DNA of 64,000 nucleotides, taken from Chrysomallon squamiferum. Its lineage: Eukaryota > Animalia > Mollusca. Shown piece after piece: positions 58,950 through 64,000 of this stretch; within the stretch, counting starts at the first letter, position 1, and each line of letters begins with the position of its first letter. Below the pieces are notes generated by a model that had not been told where the DNA came from, did not search any database, and saw only the letters and a program-made list of their open reading frames with translations. Location of the stretch: assembly GCA_012295275.1 (NCBI GenBank), contig CM022668.1, positions 2,976,001 to 3,040,000 of the forward strand, given 5' to 3'. The translations under genes and the position numbers were made by a program.

Positions 58950-61900
58950 CAAAAAACATATATATAACAATAATAATAATTGTAATAGTAACCACAACAT
59001 CAGTAATAATAGCAATAAAAATAACAATAATAATTAAGATTATTATTAGTTGTAATAGAAACCATAACATCAGTAATAGCAGTAACGATAACAATAATAA
59101 TTATGATTATTATTACAGTTGTAAGAATTAAACACTGACATAAGGTGTGTTTGAATGTTGAGATATTCTGTACTGCGACAACCTACTTGTCACGTATGCA
59201 ATGTTTTATGATACAGTTAAACTATATTATTTTTATTACAGGATAAGTACACTAAACTGTATCCGTGTTACTGTAATACAAGTAAAATAAAATTGAAGTT
59301 TATTTTATCTCAACTGACAACCTGTTACAAAGCAAGTAGAGATCGATTGGATAATATGATACATTCGTTTTTCAAGCCCGTTTATTTTTCTTTGTTTAAG
59401 TGTGTTTTTTTTAATTATTATTATTAATTAATTTTCAACTTTTAAATTATTTTATTACTGTTTAATATTTTTATATTTATTAATTTTTGATTATTATTAT
59501 TATTATTATTATTGTTATTTTTATTATTATTATTGTTATTATTATTATTTTTAATACTGTTATATTTTTATTATTATTATTATTATTATTGTTATTTTTA
59601 TAATCATCATCATTTATTTATTTGTTTATTTATTTATTTACATTCCACTTGAATTTCTTTTTTATTATGTTAAAACAAACTTCAGTGACTATGAACTATC
59701 AACAATTAAAAAAGGAACCAAGAAAAACTGTTGTTTTAAAACCTAATGATAACAACACAGCAACAGAAATGCCGATGATGAATGTGATAAATACCTTTTA
59801 TTTTCACATGTTCGTACGTACTGTTATCTTTAGTATATATACTTCTATTTATAATCGCTTAAAAACACAGTCAGTACATGTACAATTGCATGTTGTTGTG
59901 TTTTATCTTTTTATTATTTTTGTTTGAAGGTTTTGTATTTCCGTGTGTGAAATCTATAAAAAGAATTCACAAAAATTATCCAGATAGTTGCGTGACAGCA
60001 GTATCCAATTGTGAATTATATTCTATGTACACCGAGTCTACATGAAAAACTTCAAACTGTTTAACTGTGACAAATAACACTTTTTGTTATATTATTTGTT
60101 ATTTGGTAGGTAGATGTGAAATTAGGGAAATGTTGCGTAAAAGGTAAAACAATTTCAAAAGAACCTCATTTAACAATTGTTTCTGATGTCTTGTAAAACA
60201 CTCTAGATGTTTCATTAGGAAAACTGGCATAAAGACGCAAACATTTATAATAATAGAAAGTGTACGGAGGTATATATTAAAAAATAATAAAATAACATTT
60301 AAAAAACGCACATTTCCGCCCTTTTCCGACAATTTGCCCAACTTGGGTAAATCTATTACAAATAAATAACAATAATGATGAATACAGAAAAAATAATCTA
60401 AACTGCATGTTTCTAGTAAATGTGATCGAAGATTTTACCATTTTTCTGATTATATACTTTCAAAAATCAGGCGACCATCTTTAAATATGGCCAGAATCAG
60501 GTCAGAAAGTTACCAGTCTGAATTGTCCATCAACTGATTTCTAATACTTGAGACATCAAACTGACAATGAATTCACACTGGATCCGTTGATCAGTCTGGT
60601 AAACACACTCATAATAATAATAGTAATAACAAAAATAACAACAACAACCACCACAACAACAACAACGACAACAACAACAATGACGACAATAACAACAACT
60701 ACAACAACAACAACAACAACAAGAATAATATTAATAATAATAAAATAATAACAACAGCAATAATAATAATAACAGTAATTATAATCATGATAAAAGTGAT
60801 AATAATGATAATGATAACTATTGTAATTATGATGATGATGATGATGATGATGATAATAATTTCTGTTAATCTATTATTGTTGTTATTGTACTTAACAGTA
60901 GTAGCTGTAGCAGTAGTAGTAATGATAATATAATAATGATATTAATAACGACAACAACAACAATAAAATTAATAACGATTATAACAATAATGATGATAGT
61001 AATTGTAATAATTATAATAGCACTGTTGTTATTATTATTATTTTTCGTTTAAGTACTTTTGGCAGCGTTTCTGATTTAATGAAAGTTAAAAGACGTCAGT
61101 TTTTAATTGTTGTGTGTTATCTTACATCAAACGTACGGCGACAGCAAAATTATAAACACTGACATCAAAACTATAAACACTGACAGCAAAACTGCTACGT
61201 CCTGTAATGGTCTTGAATTGCTGATAAGTTTTCTGAAGATCGCAAAGATAAAACATGTACAGTGACTGGTGAAAGAGGAGATATTGAATACGACTGTGTG
61301 CGAAATTGACTGATAAGAAGTAAATTATTCTACGTTAGCCACCTCATGATAAAAAAATTAGACTAATGATATTGTAGGATTTATTTTTCCTTTGGCAATG
61401 AAAGTTAACAGTACACGCGGCTAATGAAGTATTCGTTATTTCACGCGACGTCAGTCAAACGAGGAACCACATCAGGTAACTGACGAGTTGATGAATCACT
61501 TGAACGTTTCTGTTAAGTTGTCATTAAAACCCCACCTTTGTCAGGTAAGATAACACTTCACGTAAATTAATTCTTATTAACGCTTTTACCTGTAAAGTTA
61601 ACTTTCTTCTTGTCGATGATTTCTGTCTTTTTTGTCTTTCTTCTTTCATTTTCTCATCAATTTTTACCTTTTATTATTGTCTGTGTGTCCGTTCGTAATC
61701 TGTCTAGTCATCTGTTTACGTCTGTCTGTCTGTGAGAAATACTAAACTGTTTCTGAATTCAGGATTGTTTCTTATTTGTAGCACTTTTCGGTTTATGTGT
61801 ATTTATGTGCGTTTGTCTGTGTGTTTTGAACGTGTTAAAGAGAGAATAAGATATGTAGATATACAGAGAGAGGGAGAGAGAGAAAGGAAGAAAGAAAGAG

Positions 61901-62258
61901 AGAGAAAAAAAGAAAAAAGAAGAAGAAAAAGCGCTAAGTTCTAATTATAATTTACACTGGAAAACATTCTGAGTATGTAATTGGTTTGTCTAGTTAGTCA
62001 GAGGGAGGGACAGGCAGCGCCCTGAAATGGTCTCCTTCCCCGGGCATCCTGATTTCTGTTTTTTGATGTCCTCACTTGGTCAATTCAAAAAAAAAATGTT
62101 TTGTTTTTATTTATTTATTTATAAAGGAAGTCTGGGAGCTCCTGTCATAGGGTAACATAGGACAACAGAACTCTTTGCCCTTGTATACATTAGGCCTTCG
62201 TCTGTCTGTCTGTCTGTCTATCTGACTGTCTGTCTGTCTATGTAAATATCTGTATATA

Positions 62259-62341
<83 letters not shown>

Positions 62342-62433
62342 GTGTGTGTGTGTGTGGGGGGTTAAAACAATAATCACCATTAATTCTATGCAATTTTGTT
62401 TTTTCAGAATCTCACAGGTTTGTTCACACAAAG

Positions 62434-63097
62434 ATGACAACATCAGAAAATGTGAAAAACAAAACAAAGAAATTCGTCTTCTTTGTTTGTCTGTTTTGTG
62501 TCGCGTACTTCGTCTGTTTCGCCTACGTGCATCGTTTACCTTATTTGTATTTTTCTTCTTACAATTCCACGAATCTCAGACGTCAAGTTGTTCCAGATGT
62601 CCTCAAGTGTATGACGTCAGGCACGTGGAGAACGCGAAATCTGACGTCACAAGAACAACGTGAAATTAATACATTTTACAAAAATAGCAGAGATCATTTG
62701 CCGAGTGCCACAGACTATCAAAGACCTGACTTGAAATGTGGAAATGTCACTTACACCGGAACTAGTTACAGGAAATGGTTTCGTGTCCTCTGCAATCCAG
62801 GAGGACAGACGCCATGTTGTTTTAATAACAAATGTGTGAACAAAACCGTGGAAGAGTGCAGAGGACCTTCGAACTTTGACCTCAGGTCGCGTATTCATGC
62901 CGAGTATGCCACCTGGGTTCCAAGTGACAAGAGATGTTCTGTGAAGTTCTTCGACTCTCAGTCTGGCTGCAGTGTGTTAGAAGGGTGGACCATCTACGTC
63001 ATCGGCGACTCCTTAATGCGGCAGTTGTACACGGCGCTGTTGTTGATTTTGACTGGCAACTACAACACTGGTGCTTTCAAACCAAATACACCCAAAA
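62434..63097 (+). CDS. Paralogue C, first coding exon; terminal exon predicted just beyond the window end
   Basis: ttttcag| acceptor (exon starts 62408), ATG at 62434, intact frame with TM, Cys module and GDS, donor A|GTAGGT at 63098. The sequence to 64000 is homologous to the A/B introns up to near their 3' ends. Confidence 0.85.
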
Positions 63098-63712
63098 GTA
63101 GGTGCTTTGATACTGATGGAGGAATACTGTGATAAAAATAATAACACTAAATAATGAAATCACAATATAATCAATTTGGTTTGTATGCGCGATGTGTTTA
63201 TAGGAGAAATAAAAAATGAATATTAATTTCTTTAAGTTCTTTATTTCTACATGTGTCATGTCTGTATCACATACAGTGTACTGAAAAGAATCATAATAAT
63301 AAACTTTTCTTTGGTAAATAGTATATTTTATATGTTTTTATAACTTTTTATATTTCAACTCATCATTACTTTGAGGATAAAAAAAGTGTCACGAAATTAA
63401 AAAACAAAGCTTAAAAAAAGTGTCCTTTTCTTTTTTGAAATCTGGAAGTGGCTACATATCTTGCTCTTTACGTCTTTCTTGATTTAGTATACGTACAGAT
63501 GCCTTTTTTATTTTAGGGTTAGTTTCATTTACAAATTATATCATAATGAAGGGATAACAAGATAATATAATATAATACTATAAAAGATGATACTGAATGT
63601 TTTAATTTAACTAGATCACTAGACTTGTTTTTATCACACGGTGTAATAACAATAACAAATTGATTGATTTTACAAATCTGTTAGACAAAAGCGAACTGAG
63701 GTAGTTTCATCT

Positions 63713-63809
<97 letters not shown>

Positions 63810-63851
63810 TTCTGTCTCATATTTGTCTGTGTCTGTCTCTATTTTTCTCTG

Positions 63852-63917
<66 letters not shown>

Positions 63918-64000
63918 GTATCTGTCTGTATTCTTTGTCTGTCTGTCTCTCTCCCTTCATCTTTACATCCATTTTATTTACGCAAACACTCTGTGTAAAT

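Overview
AT-rich, microsatellite-saturated eukaryotic (animal, plausibly lophotrochozoan/mollusc) genomic DNA. I see no prokaryotic features, CRISPR array, rRNA/tRNA or transposase ORF. The only well-supported protein-coding content is a cluster of three paralogues of one spliced gene. Copy A is on the minus strand (CDS 15531-14880 + 13448-12889, 403 aa), copy B is on the minus strand (41940-41277 + 40729-40173, 406 aa), and copy C is on the plus strand (62434-63097, with its last exon beyond the window). Each encodes a type II membrane protein: short basic N-tail, one TM helix, a Cys-rich module resembling a degenerate hevein/ChtBD1-type domain, then an SGNH/PC-esterase-type catalytic domain (GDS...GxWD...DGxH). 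This fits a Golgi/secretory glycan O-acyltransferase or esterase of the NXPE/PCED1/CASD1/TBL clan (inference). A and B lie in a direct segmental duplication offset by about 27-28 kb, and B and C lie head-to-head in a large inverted duplication. Most of the intervening DNA is a shuffled mosaic of a few non-coding modules present in both orientations, with microhomology junctions. A 35-bp minisatellite is about 2 copies upstream of B and C but about 60 copies upstream of A, and about 51 copies in a gene-less duplicate. Nearly all other ORFs in the supplied track are microsatellite or repeat artefacts. All homology statements come from visual comparison, not computed alignments.
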